Of a DNA stretch of 64,000 nt, positions 1 through 12,808 are shown one piece after another. The notes beneath the pieces are model-generated. The model searched no databases and was not told the origin of the DNA. It saw nothing but the letters and a program-made list of their open reading frames with translations. The DNA comes from the human T2T-CHM13v2.0 reference genome, Homo sapiens, in the NCBI RefSeq assembly GCF_009914755.1, contig NC_060934.1; one strand, 5' to 3'. A program made the translations under genes and the position numbers. Every line of letters starts with the position of its first letter. Positions within the stretch are counted from its first letter, which is position 1.

Positions 1-99
1 ACCTCCCCAGGACCCTCCTGCCCGTCCCTTGCTGGCTGCCCCCATGCTCATGCTGGGGTCTCGGCTGTGCTGTGCTCGCTGCAGGAGAGCCATCCGCTG

Positions 100-378
100 C
101 TCCTTGGCTGGTGAATTTCTGCTTATCGTTCAAACTCCAATGCAGAGCACCTTTCTTCCAGGGAGTCCTCCCTGATAACCTTTATGTGCTTCATCCCAAC
201 CAGCACAAACCGCACTGTCCCATTTGCTTCCCTGCTTGTCTGTCACCCTCTATTGATCATCAGTTCCAGGAGGGCAGCGAATGTGCCCCCTTCCCCACTG
301 CTCCCCTAGAGTAACATGGGGGCTGCTCCACAGCAGGCCCTCCAGGAATGGATGGCTGCATGATGAATGAATGAATGA
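100..378 (+). mobile_element. L2 LINE 3' fragment
   Basis: Degenerate L2 3'-end motifs ending in the characteristic (GAAT)n tail 'atgaatgaatgaatg'. Confidence 0.6.
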
Positions 379-459
379 TGCCTGATACGGCTAAGACTGG
401 AATCCCCCAAGGTGCAACAAGGGTCGGGGACTCAGACGCAGGTGGCAACCTAGCAGTGG

Positions 460-645
460 GGAGGTGATGTGGTGTTTGGAGTTTAACTGACCCCAGTGCT
501 TACAAGCTGTGTGGCCTCTGCCTGCCTCAGTTTGCTTGCATGCAACATGGGTATAATGACAACTCCTTTACTGAGAATTTGTCCTGAGAGGCCCTGGAGA
601 TAATACCTGGGCAGTGCCCAGCCCTGTGCTAGGCACAGAGGAGGA
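460..645 (+). mobile_element. MIR SINE
   Basis: Core 'gctgtgtggcc...cctcagtttgcttgcatgcaacatgggtataat' and tail 'ccctgtgctaggcacagag'. Confidence 0.65.
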
Positions 646-728
646 TAAGGTGGGGCTCCCTCTGGGGCTTGAGGCCAGGGTCAGGCTGCAAGCTTCTCTG
701 AGACAGCATGTGGGGCTGACCTGGCTCT

Positions 729-1030
729 GCAATCAGGAGGACTGTGAGTCCTGAGGCTATAGTCTAGGCACACAAGAGGAGGCAGGGGCAAGACACTCCC
801 CATGCTCCTCTGGGCTGGCCTCAGCATGCCAAGGCTGGGCTCTCACCATTAGCTCATCCTTCCTTTGAATGGAGCCAATGGCAATCAGGAGGACCGTGAG
901 TCTTGGGGCTATAGTCCAGGCACACAAGTGGGGGCAGAGGCAAGACATTCCCCACGCCTCTCTGGGCTAGCCTCAGCATGTGGAGCCCGGGCTTTCACCA
1001 CTAGCTCATCCTTCCTTCGAATGGAGCCAA
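729..1030. repeat. Two-copy tandem duplication, period 152 bp
   Basis: Copies start at 729 and 881 (gcaatcaggagg...) and end in gaatggagccaa at 878 and 1030; ungapped, about 20 mismatches in 150 bp by hand count. Confidence 0.95.
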
Positions 1031-1529
1031 AGTTAGAACTGGGCCACACTGAGATTACCTGCGTGGGGAAGCAGAGGCCCAGAGAGGGTTTGGAATGTGG
1101 GTGCGGGTGAGAGAGGTGGGATGTGGGGAAGAACCACCATTTATTAGTTACCTACTAAGGTGCGGGAGGTACTGGCTTTAATGACAGTCAGGCACCCCCA
1201 ATTCCTGGATGTCTGGCCATGGGCACATTGTGTAAAATGGGTATGAAGTAGCACATATCTAGATGGTTGCCAGGAGGGCAGGGGACGTGGTACAGAGGAA
1301 ACACCCAGTACCCAGTGCCAGCCACGGTAAGTGCCCGCTAACTGAAGCCCACTGTGGAAACTTTGGGGTGCCTTGGTCTGGTAGGTATGATCCCCGTTTC
1401 CAGAACAGGACAGGAGGCCCAGGGAGGTGAACGGAGGAACTCAGGGCCACGCAGCCACTAGGGACCAGAGGGACAAATGACCTGGCCCGAGGCTTGTGCT
1501 GAGGTTTTGGCCACGGGGACCACATATGG

Positions 1530-1780
1530 CAGGGTAGTATTTTTCTCATCGCCTTCACGTCGCGTTTCTTAATTTAAAGTGGGAAATTCCATATTGGGTG
1601 CCTCATCAATCATTTTTGTGAGCTCAGCTCCATGGAAAGCACAGAAAACATTTATATTTGCAGCTCAAACTGTCGAAAATGTAAAACAATTTAAATAATA
1701 TTAACATTTTAACAGCCTCCACTCACAGCTCTGTGAAATTAACCATTATCTCTTGGAGTAGTTGTTAAAATTCAGCCGTG
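1530..1780. promoter_or_regulatory. Candidate enhancer-like AT-rich island
   Basis: Repeat-free; GGGAAATTCC (NF-kB site) at 1581-1590; ATCAATCA (PBX/HOX TGATTGAT on minus strand) at 1605-1612. Confidence 0.35.
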
Positions 1781-2557
1781 GGTAAGTGGTGAGACCCATG
1801 GACAGCGTGTTTAGGGGTGAGAGGAAAGGCCAGGGGGCCACCCGTGTGAGCTCCCAGGGGCTGGTCCCACCCAGGCCTCCTGGCCATTCTGCCAGGCCTG
1901 TGTCCTTGCTCAGGGGACAGACTCCTGTGGCAGGGACTGTGGCTCCTTGTGTCTCAGATGAAGACCCTCCAATTGGGCTGGGTGCTGGAGGCCTAGAGAG
2001 AAACACAGCACTGACTCTGTCCTTAAGGGACCCCGGTGGTAGGGAGGTGACTGGCAAAATGCACACTGGTGTGGGATTTGTGCTATACACAAGAAGGGAG
2101 TGCTGGGGTGTTGGGGGCACTGAGGGGAAATCAGGAGCACCTCCTGGAGGAACCTGCATCTGAGATGATTCCTTGTGGTAGGCAGGCACTATGTGAGGGA
2201 ACAGATCATCTCCAAGGCCTGGCCTTGCTATAAACCTCAAGAGCCTAAGAGGGCCTGCCTTTTGTCCCAGGCAGTGAGAAAGAAGGGCCTGCAGAGCGGT
2301 GCTTGTGGGTGGTTCTGTTAAGCTCCACACACAGATCTGGGATGGGTTCGCTTGAACAGGGATGCAGATAAGGGGTGGGCACTTGCTGGGCTGTTGGGTG
2401 ATCCAGGAGTGATGAGCTTGAAACACCAAGACTCAGGGAAGAATGACGTTGTTTTCAAATAACAAGAATGAGACAACTTTTCCAATGGCTTCAGCAGGAC
2501 GAACTAGGCTTTGTGGGCAGATGTTATAAGGTGATAATACAATTTCCTTCCTACTAC

Positions 2558-2720
2558 ATTTTCTTTTCTGTTTTGAGTTGAGTTCTTGCTCTGTTGTCCA
2601 TGCTAGAGAGCAGTGGCATAATTATAATTCACTATAGCCTTGAACTCCTGGGCTCAAGTGATCCTCCCACCTTGGCCTCCCAAAATGCTGGAATTACAGG
2701 TGTGAGCCACTGCGCTCAGC
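2558..2720 (-). mobile_element. Alu monomer (AluJ/FRAM-like, left-arm 5' joined to right-arm 3')
   Basis: Reverse complement reads GGCTGAGCGCAGTGGCTCACACCTGTAAT...GGGAGGCCAAGG...GGCTATAGTGAATTATAATTATGCCACTGC...CAGAGCAAGA plus A tail. Confidence 0.9.
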
Positions 2721-3024
2721 CCTACATTTTCTTACCTATTCCTTCTTTTATTATTATTATTATTATTTATTTTTTCATTTAATCTTGCTCCTTTTAATAC
2801 CTATTCTTCCTTCTGCTTTCCCATAGGGTCATGATACAGTGATCAGTAATGAAATGGTGAGCTCCCCCCATTGTCAGGGGTGTCAGAGAGATGTTGGGTG
2901 ACATCAAGGACTAGTAAAAAGGGATTTCTGCATCGGACCTTTATTCAGCCCCACTGTGGGCCAGGTCTTGACTAGACACCACCTCCTTGGAAAAGAGCCA
3001 GACCCAGTCGTTGCCTTTGAGGGG

Positions 3025-3402
3025 TGTTATAGACTGAATTGTATCCACTCCCCAAATCTGTATGTTGAAGCCCTAACCCCTAATGTGACTTTACTTAAAA
3101 ATTAGTAAATGAGGTTGTAAGGGTGGAGCCCTAACCCGATAAGACTGGTGGTGTCCTTATGAGGACAGGAAGAGACAGTAGAAAGCTCACTCTCATTCTG
3201 TGAGCACACAGAGCAAAGGCCATGTGAGGACACAGCAAGAAGGTGGCTGTTCACAAGTCAGGCAGAGAGCCCACTTCAGAACCAACCCCAGTGGCACCTT
3301 GATCTTGGACTTCTAGCCTCCAGAGGGGGGTAAAGAAATGTCTATTGTTTATAGCACCCAGTTTGTGGCATCTTGTTATGGCAGCCTGAACTCACTAGTA
3401 CA
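3025..3402 (+). mobile_element. MaLR solo LTR (MLT1A-like) inserted in an L2
   Basis: TG...CA termini; 'tgttatagactgaattgt', 'tatgttgaagccctaacccctaatgtga', 'ccttgatcttggacttctagcctccaga', 'ttgttatggcagcc'. Confidence 0.9.
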
Positions 3403-3660
3403 GGGTGTTCTTAGATGAGGGATTTGCTAAGGTTGCTGACTGTAATACAGTACCATACAGGACAGAAGTGTGCACAGAGAAGGGAGCGCCTGGCTCAGTC
3501 AGGTGGGCATCAGGGGAGGCTACCTGGAGGAGGTGGTGGTGCAACAGAATAAAGAGAATCTGGTCATGAAGAGAGGAGGAGGAAGGAGGGGAAGCAGAGG
3601 TGGGGGGGACAAGGTGCAAAGACACAGAGGTGTTAAAAGCATAGGTTTGGGGACACCAAG
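3403..3660 (-). mobile_element. L2 fragment (continues at about 2940-3024 on the other side of the MLT1)
   Basis: 'catcaggggaggctacctggaggaggtg', 'gtgcaaagacacagagg' antisense L2 motifs. Confidence 0.6.
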
Positions 3661-3809
3661 AAGAATTCTATATGATTGGAGAGCAGGGTTAGAAGAGGAT
3701 TTGAGAGGAGAGAGGAGGCTGGGGCACAGGTGGGCCCACCGACGAGGGAGGACCCTTCTTTATCTTTCTGAGAAGATGATTTAGAGACTCCCACCTGACA
3801 GAGGACTCC

Positions 3810-4016
3810 ATGATCAGTGACTAACTTGCTGTGTGACCTTAGGCAAGTCACTTAACCTCTGCGCACCATAATGCTCTCATTTGTAAAACCGGGCAAAGCA
3901 TGGCTGCCCTGCCTGCCACCCGGCTGCTTTGTGGGCTCAATAAGCGAGCGCGTGTGAAAGCACTCTGGTGAAAGCCCCATAATAGCGCCACGGAAATGGA
4001 AGGTGTTATTATTATG
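3810..4016 (+). mobile_element. MIR/MIR3-type SINE with unusually many CpGs
   Basis: 'gctgtgtgaccttaggcaagtcacttaacctct', 'ctcatttgtaaaa', 'gtgaaagcactct', 'ttattattat' tail. Confidence 0.8.
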
Positions 4017-4644
4017 TAACCGCGCTGACTCCCGTCAGACAGTGTGGAGTCAATTGGAGTCTTGAGGGATGTCAGGGAATTGGCTGCTCTCTGAAGCTTG
4101 TCATAGAGACCTGTCTTTTCATTGTACTCCTTTCATGTCACTGTTGGCCCGATGAAAGAAGGGGAGAGAATCTTTGATATGTCTAAATATTCCGCTCCCA
4201 CCAAGATGGGAGGAATTCCGAGGAAGAGCTATTATTAGAGGCTGAGCTGGAGGCAGGCGCCTACGTGGATCAGAGGCTGTCAGTTTGCACAAACAGCCTC
4301 CCGCACTTCCCAGGCTGCTGCGGGCCTTGGCACAGAGTAGGTGCCAACCGTGCTGGTTGTATTGCAGTGGCACTGCCCAGGCAGGCAGAGGACCAGCTTC
4401 TGGTTCCCATTCTGCATCCACTTTGCTGGGCAACCCCAGAGCCAGTCACTTACCCTCTCTGAGCCAAGAAAGACGTTATAGTGCTTCCTGATGGTGAGTG
4501 CTTTTATGAGCGGGGAAGATAAGATGCTGTATGGTACAGAGATCTGGGCGGGCCAAAAAGTGACTAAGCACAGGCTGCTGACATTTTGGGTATGATGAGG
4601 CCAGGGAATTTCCTCTCTGGGAAGGATGCATTAGGATTTGGTTC

Positions 4645-4785
4645 TTCCTAGACCTTGTGTCAGAACCACCTGGGGGGTTTGAAAAATCAGATTCCCTGGC
4701 ATTACTCCAGGCTTAGAATCAGAATCTCTGGAGGTGAGGCCTGGGACTGTCTTCAGCAAGCTCCGTAGTGGTGTGGATGCAAGTG
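4645..4785. mobile_element. MER5A (hAT-Charlie MITE) fragment
   Basis: 'tcagaaccacctgggggg', 'aatcagaatctctggaggtgaggcctggga'. Confidence 0.65.
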
Positions 4786-5573
4786 GCTCAGCACTGGTCC
4801 GTGCTCCTGCATTTACAAAGGCTTGGACCAGGTCAACTGTCTGGGCTGGGGACACTGTGATTCCATGGCAACAGGGCAGGGCACCCTGCCTAGTGCTTGA
4901 CCCAGTGAGTCCAGCCCTTTTCCTGTTTACTTCTAGGCCACACTAAGTCCTCCAGGAGCCTGTGGGTGGGTCCTGGACCCACTAGTCCATGAACTGGGGA
5001 AATGATGGTTGTACTCTGGCTCCTGGCCAGCTCCAGCTGGGCATGATGTCTTCCATACCAACCCTATATAGATTGCCATGCCTAGATGGAGCCTGCCATG
5101 TCTGGCTCAAGACTTATAGAGACCAACTGGGGAGGGCTTCTGGCAGGTGAAGAATGGGCCTCTTTGGACTCATTTTCAATGACTTGTCAAAATCACTTGT
5201 CAAAGTGCCTTCACTGACAGGGAGCCTCAGGGAAAGGCCTGGAGGTACCACCTGAAAACAGCTCCCTGTTTCAAAGGTGAGGAAATGGGCTAAGAAGGGC
5301 CAAGTTGGTTTGTTACTTTCACTAGAACCCTTGTCCTGTTGGATTAACCCTGGGACCTGGGTGAACTTGAAGAAGGCAGAGCCTGGTCAGGCGTACAGAA
5401 TTGGAGACTATTTTGTGTTCTAATGCAGGCTGACATCCTGGGGATAGATAGATGATAGCCTGTCCCTGGCTCTCATGGGCCTATTGAATCTCTAGGCTCG
5501 GCACATCACAGTCCTCCCAGTGCTTGCCTTCTCTCCACTACCACAACAACTGGCTACCAAGGAAGAATAAGAG

Positions 5574-5750
5574 CAGCGCTTCTTGCCTTGGCTGCCCACT
5601 AGAGTTTCCTGGTGCGCTTCAAAAAATCCCGATACCCAGCCACACCCTTGACCAATCAAGTCAGTATCTCAAATGTGGGACCCAGGTCTCAGTAAATATT
5701 TTTAAAGCTCCCTAGTGATTTCATTGTGAAGCTACAGGGAGAACTGCTAC
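5574..5750. mobile_element. MER5B-like hAT MITE
   Basis: 'ccttggctgcccactagag...gaccaatcaagtcagtatctc...ttttaaagctccctagtgatt'. Confidence 0.7.
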
Positions 5751-5754
5751 TTTA

Positions 5755-5972
5755 GAGTGGTGATTCTCTACAGGGGGTGATTTTGTCACCTAGGGGACAC
5801 ATGGCAATGTCTGGAGACATTGTTGATTGTTACAACTGGGGAAGTACTACCGGCATCTGGCTGGTAGAGGCCTGGGGGATGTTGCTAAACACTCTAAAGT
5901 ACATAGGACTGCCCCTACCACAGAGAACCATCCAGCCCCAAATGTCAGTAGTGGTGGGATTGAGAAGCCCTG
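5755..5972. mobile_element. MER20 (hAT-Charlie)
   Basis: 'ggggtgattttg', 'ggcaatgtctggagacatt', 'ggcatctggctggtagaggcc', 'ccagccccaaatgtcagtagtg'. Confidence 0.9.
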
Positions 5973-6857
5973 CCTTGGATGAAGTGGGGGAGTTGACCTT
6001 GCTCACCGTTCAGCCTTGCAGGCTGACCATCTCCCTCTTACATCTTCCCAGCCCCCTTTGAAGGGAGCCTCTCCCAGCATACTAAAAGTTTCCCAGTGGG
6101 TGTGAGCAGCTCTCAGCGTATTAGCCACCTGGGTTTTCTGCCATGTCCAATACCAGTCATTGAGACAACCATCAAAATCACAATGATCTTTCACCTTTAC
6201 TAAATGAAAAGCTAAGGCAAACTGCTCTCAGATGAAATGGAGGGGGTAGAAACCTGGAGAAGTGCCTAGAGCTGGAGGGATATGATTCAGATGCATGAAA
6301 CAAACATCCCCAGATCAAAGTTAATTTCTTCCTCCTGTAAAGAAGTCTGTTGGTGTGGAGCCCAGGGCTGGAATGACGGTTCATGTGTCAGGGACCCAGG
6401 CTCCTTCTGACTTCTTGCTCCCCCATCCTCAGCACACAGGCCCCCACTGAGGTCCAAGAGGGATGTTGGAGCTTTCAGAAGGACTATGCTTTTCTTCTCC
6501 TTCCAGGACTGGTGGAGGCACCCAGCCCTCCTGATACTTCCGTATGGCTCATATAATAATCCTGTGAGGAACAGAGAGTAGGTGTCATATCCGTCCATTC
6601 TACAGATGCATAAACTGAGGCTCAGGGACTTTGAGTATATGTCAAGTTAGAAGTGGAATTCAGGACTTCCAACTTTCCTAATGGTGGTCTTTCTCCTGCA
6701 GGGGACTGAGGGGGACACACCCCTTCCTCATCTAAGCCTTTTACATCTCAGATCTGGTGAATTTTTCTGACTCCTTCAAGGCAGGGCATGCCTACACATA
6801 TGGTGTTTACCCCCTGAGTTTAGGTGACATTATGGCTAGATGACATAAGACAGTGGC

Positions 6858-7628
<771 letters not shown>

Positions 7629-8389
7629 GCGATCCTGGAGACCGCTTTGCAAATCCCAGTCCTAGAGAGGCCATGTGAATTTCCAGAGGCTGCAGTCAGT
7701 CCCACACAGGAAACAGCTGGAATCCCAGGACCCCAGCCAGGACCCGTATAGGACTTAAGGCCAGGGCTAGGTGAACAGGCTTTATTAGCAATGGTAAGCT
7801 CAGCTGCTGAGACAAAAATCAGCCAAATCAGTAGCTAGAAAAATAATGTCCAGGTTGCAGGCTGTCCCGGCCCTTACAGTCTTCCAGGGGCCCTCTTTCT
7901 GATTTCTCTCCCATCTTCTCATAGGGCATTGTCCTCATCTCTCTTGTGCACACTGTGGGGAGGGAAAAAGGACCCAGGACGTTCTTAAGTGCCAGATTGG
8001 AAGCAGCAGACATCACTATCACCGGCATTCCAGACCTCAGTCATGTACACAGGAGGCCAGAAATGCTGTCCAGCTAGACAGCCAAGGCCCAACTACCTCT
8101 GACCCCCGATTCCCCACCCTTCTCCTCACTTACTACGTTCTGGCCACTGTTCCATCCAAGGGCCCACACTCTTCCTACCTCAGGCCTTTTTGCAGGTGCT
8201 GGTCCCTCTGCCAGAAATGCTTTGCCCACCCTTGTCACCTTCCCTGACCAGCCTATGAGCAGTGAATGCTCTCCTTGGTATTCTCTGTCTCAGCCTCCTG
8301 TTTGTTTCCTTTGCTGGGATATGACTTGAGTTTGCATCTTTGTCTGATTACTCAAAGATCTTGGGCCCATTTCTTCCACTGGCTTTAAC

Positions 8390-8545
8390 CTAGACCTGTG
8401 GCATCAGAATCACCAGGGGTGCAAATTCTCCAGCTGCACCCCAGATCTACTGAATCAGAAACCATGGGGGTGGGGTCCACCAATCAGTGTTTTTAAAAAC
8501 CCTCCAGGTGATTCTCATGTACAGCAAAATCAAAAAATAGTTCTC
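8390..8545. mobile_element. MER5A
   Basis: 'gcatcagaatcacc', 'ccccagatctactgaatcagaa', 'ccctccaggtgattctc'. Confidence 0.8.
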
Positions 8546-9002
8546 TGAGGCTGGAATCTGGGCATCTTCAGGTCTACATGGCCCATCGGTGAATCTCTGT
8601 GGAATACAACTGCACCCTCCACTCCATAAGCCTACTCCTTGGACTACAACATGGAGAGAGGGAGTTGGGGAGGTGTGACCATGGGAATAGATGCAGAACT
8701 GGCAAAGAGGCAAGACAGACTGACCCCCAGGGAGCATGCAGCAGCCACACGAGACAGTGCATCATGGAGCATTAGGAGGAGGGGAAGAGAGTGGACCATA
8801 AGCATCAGAGGATGGAACTCCTGGTCAGGAGAAGGGAGGTGAAGCGCCGGTCCTTCCACCACTAGTTGGGCAACTGGGGCAGGCTCTCTCTCTTGACCTC
8901 AGTTAACACAACTCTAAAATGGGGCAATAGTGATACTTCACAGCCTTTCTCCATTAAACAAAACAATGTGTGAAGAGTGAGATCAATGAAACTCCTAACT
9001 GC

Positions 9003-9190
9003 CTTTTATTGAGCACCCACTATGTGCCAGGCCTGGGCCAAGCACTGTATGATTTCATCTTCACATCAGCCTTTTGAAATAAGTTCTAAATCACTTCCAA
9101 TTTGCAGATGAGAATGCTGAGGCCTAGAGCTCTTCAGTCACTTGCCTAGGGGTAACACCAAAGCAGTAGCTGGCAGGGCTGGGTCGAGGT
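9003..9190 (-). mobile_element. MIR
   Basis: 'tttattgagcacccactatgtgccaggc', 'tttgcagatgagaatgctgaggc'. Confidence 0.75.
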
Positions 9191-10822
9191 GAGAGGACAT
9201 CAGTGCTCTTATTCTGCCTGACAATGAGCTGTGTTCTGTTCCTCATCGCTCCCCCAGCACAGCCAGTCAGGAAGGCAAGAAGTGCTGCTGCCCGGGCCTT
9301 TGGGTGTGTCTGCTCCTCGGCCTTTGAGGACTCATACAGGAAGCAGGCTTGATGCATGCTTGTCAAGTGGAATAGAACCAAGGGAGAAGAGAGTGCCCTC
9401 AGCCTAGCCCCCCAGGGAGTTCCACTGCACAGTGCCATCAGAAGTGGTTCTGCCTCTGCAGGGCCTGGTCCCACCTGTCTCACCATGTCAAGGCTGGGCA
9501 AGGCTGCCTGGCTAAGGGGAATGCATTGCTTCCCAGACCTGTGCATAGTCGTGCCCACCTAGCTGTGTTGTAGGAGTCAGAATCAGGTGTGCAGAGAGGC
9601 AAGCAGGGCTCTTGCCTTTAGCGGATGCTCCATTGAGAAGTTGTTCATGCATTCGTTCATTCTTGCCATCCTCAGCATGTTCACTGACCCGCAGTAAGAG
9701 ATGATGCCATCTACCAACCTCGGCATCCTGTGTAATATTTAGACACATCAATGGCTAATTTTAATGCAAAATACTGGGGGCAGGGCAGTGCAGAGCAGGG
9801 ACTACTTCTGCCTGAGGATGGAGTAGGGGACAGCGGAGGCTGCAGGGAGGCTTCAAAGAGGAGGTGACATTTACCCAGCATCTTTAAGAACATTACCCCT
9901 CACTCTCACCTGTTCTTACCCTGCCATTTGAACTCACCCAAGCCTCCCACTACCCCTCACACACCCATGCACATATGCATAGCACCACAACTGTTAGCCA
10001 AACCCCTGCACCAGCACCAGCGAAGTTCCACCTGCATGAAGTGCTTCCTAGGTGCTGGTGGAGGCCATCCAGGTAACCCATGGGTCAAATTCCACCTCGA
10101 AATGAATTTTTTTTCATCTCACAGTGTTTAAAGTTTTAAACTTCAACACTTTACGAGCCAGAGATTGCATACTAATAGTTCAGAATTTTCACTTTCTCTA
10201 GAAAAATGAGAAGTCTCTCCAGCCCCAATGACGGCAAGCACCCTGGAGCTGAGGGGGCTGAGTGGCGGCTGTGCCCTTTGGACAGGTGAGTGTGCTCCAG
10301 TCCTGGGCTCCCCACCTGCTGCACACATCTGGAGTCTACCTGGGCCGGAGAGACATTTGACTTTAAGACCTCTGTGTCTCTCTCACTGGGTCCTGTGGAA
10401 TTTGCCCAGGAATGGCTGTGAAATACCCCTACTCCTTTTGCTCCCATTAAAGGGGGCATATCAGAATGGGAGTGGCAGTTGTAAAAGTAATAAGTCATTT
10501 ACAATAATCAGCATTTATATGAAATGACTGTGACACATCTCCCACATGACTGGGTCACCTGCATGTGATGTGACTCCAGGGCTCTTAGCACAAAGCGTCA
10601 TGGCAAACTATGCCTGGCTCTAACTCTCACTGGCATTTTGGGGGACATCAAAGCTCAGTACAGACTCTGCCCAATCAATATAGAAAAAAAGTAAAACTGA
10701 TTAGAAAGGCGACGACCTCCAAGGGCAACTATGTGCCTGTTCCCATTTGCCCTGACAATACTTAACGCCTTTACCAAAGAGAAATCTTCTCAGCTTGAGG
10801 CTGCATGTTTTTTGAATCCCAG

Positions 10823-10875
10823 ATATACATATACATATATATATGTGTGTGTGTGTATATATATATGTATATATA

Positions 10876-10922
<47 letters not shown>

Positions 10923-10925
10923 TTT
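10823..10925. repeat. Compound (TA)n/(TG)n microsatellite plus T run
   Basis: Seen directly. Confidence 0.95.
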
Positions 10926-11609
10926 AAATCAGGCAGCAGCTCCCAGTTTTCTCACCTAGGGGTAGCTGGTGGCCAAGAGGAAAGAGGAGTTGTCGTAAGT
11001 CAATTTTTTCCCTGGCTTTCCTTTCTAAAGCCACCCCTGAGGGGATGATGCTGGAAGTGGGAGAAGGAGGAAGGGGAGAGGGAGAGCTCCAAGGGAAACA
11101 GGAATAGGGAGAAAAGGTGCTTCCTGGCCCCTGGAGATGTCTCCAATGGGTGCAGGTTTCGTAAGTAGTGGGACCCCAGCTTTCCCTGCAGCAAACCAGG
11201 AGGAATGGCTCGGTGATTTCCAGTAACCCTGAAGGTTTCCAGCCCCAGTGTGGGACAAAAGCAGAGTGCAGGGCACCTAAAAAGACTAAGGCTGGGAACA
11301 GTGATTGTTTCTGAAGTAAGCAGAGGGGTTCGAGGACCCGAGGTCTTCCCAAAGCCTACATTTTGTGTAAGACTCCGTGACCTTCACATAATTTTTGCCT
11401 GGGGGGAAGAGCACCTGGCCGTGATGCACTAGGGTTACGTTTCCAGGCAGCATTGCAGAAGGAGGGCTCCAGAATTCAAAGCTACAATGATTTATGGAAA
11501 AGGCTAAATGGGATTCTTCCTGTAAGCTTGAGTTTGAAGACTGAGGTTCTTGCCTCCAGAGTAGATATTGAGGCAGATTAGTTCCAGAATTGGGTTACGG
11601 TGTTCAGAG

Positions 11610-11750
11610 ATGGCTAATGTGTATTGTCTAGAGGGCCAACTCAGGCTGGGAGGGGCTCTCTAGGGCTTTGTGTTAAGAGGGATTCTGAGGCAGTCTTGGC
11701 TGGGTGGGGGGAAAGCAAGCCTTCATTGATTAGTGAGCTGTAGCATGGAT
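11610..11750. mobile_element. MER102-like hAT fragment
   Basis: 'agaggattctgaggc', 'ttgattagtga'; a related piece lies near 40000-40085. Confidence 0.4.
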
Positions 11751-11876
11751 GTGATTTTTGGTCTTATTTAACCCTTTCATTTTATAAGCAAAGTAATTGA
11801 GGACTGGAAGAGTTAAACCTTTGGCCTAAGATTGGGGCAGAGCTGGAACCAACCAAGAACTTCTGATGCTAGTGCT

Positions 11877-12200
11877 TGTGAAATCCTGACAAGATAAGAA
11901 AGCAACAAGGAGGAAGGAATTCTAGGTGGGGGAGAACAATTGCTCTGGGAGACAGCTCATCAAAAACAACCTGCTAGCACAACATCCTGTTCCCAAAACC
12001 CTGTTCCACATGTAACCTTTCCAGCACAACCTTATAAAACTTCCCTCCAGCCCCTTTGCAGGCAGCCCCTTCTCTGCTGTGCTGCCCTTTGCACCCTTGC
12101 AACCCTTTCTCTAATAAATTTGCCTTTCTTTACCTATGACTGTCTTGGTGAATTCCTTTAGTGCCTGCCACACCAGCCCCAGCCAGTTGCATCCATGGCA
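11877..12200 (+). mobile_element. ERVL-class solo LTR (subfamily uncertain), inserted in a MIR
   Basis: TG...CA termini, perfect 5-bp TSD GTGCT (11872-11876, 12201-12205), TATAAAA at 12033-12039, AATAAA at 12113-12118. Confidence 0.9.
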
Positions 12201-12439
12201 GTGCTCTTTAACTGACAAAAATTCAGTGAGCATTTTTCGTACCCTATTTTGTGCTGGTTTGTGTTAGGTGGTGGGGCAGTTCAAATATAAAAATATTAAA
12301 AACATGGTATTAACTGCCTACCATAACATTTCTGATGCTCATGAGACTATTACATGACTAATATGTATATTAGAGTATATTAACAGCTTTTGCATAAACC
12401 TCAGCATTTTATGAACTAGTTCAATATAGTACTCCACAG

Positions 12440-12720
12440 GGGGAGCCTCCTTGCAGTCAATCAGGGGCCCAGGTTCTTTCTATCTTGTAGCTCTGCCACC
12501 TCCCAGGGCCACATGGTTCTCTGCCTGCAGATGAAGAAGTGAGAGCGAGTGTGGAGGACTGTGTGGACAGTTTCTGGGCTGGGCTGGGTACATGGCTTCT
12601 ACCCCATGGTCTATGGGCCAGAACTTAACCACCTGGCCACACCTACCTGCAAGGGTTGCTGGGAATGTAGGTTCGTTGTGTGATGATGGGAAAAGAGAAG
12701 GGGGCTTGAAGGAGATTTGC
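12440..12720 (-). mobile_element. Old MLT1 (J/K-like) LTR fragment
   Basis: 'ggcccaggttctttctatcttgtagctctgcca', 'ggccacacctacctgcaaggg...ctgggaatgtag'. Confidence 0.65.
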
Positions 12721-12808
12721 CATGCCCGTTTTAAAGAGGAGACCGAGACTCAGAGATTTAAGTAGCTTGCCAAGGGTCAACCAGCTAGTAAGAGGCAAAT
12801 GCAGAATT

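Noticed and set aside
1746-2429. 227-aa minus-strand ORF
   Set aside because: Overlaps L2-derived sequence, non-ATG start, no protein family resemblance
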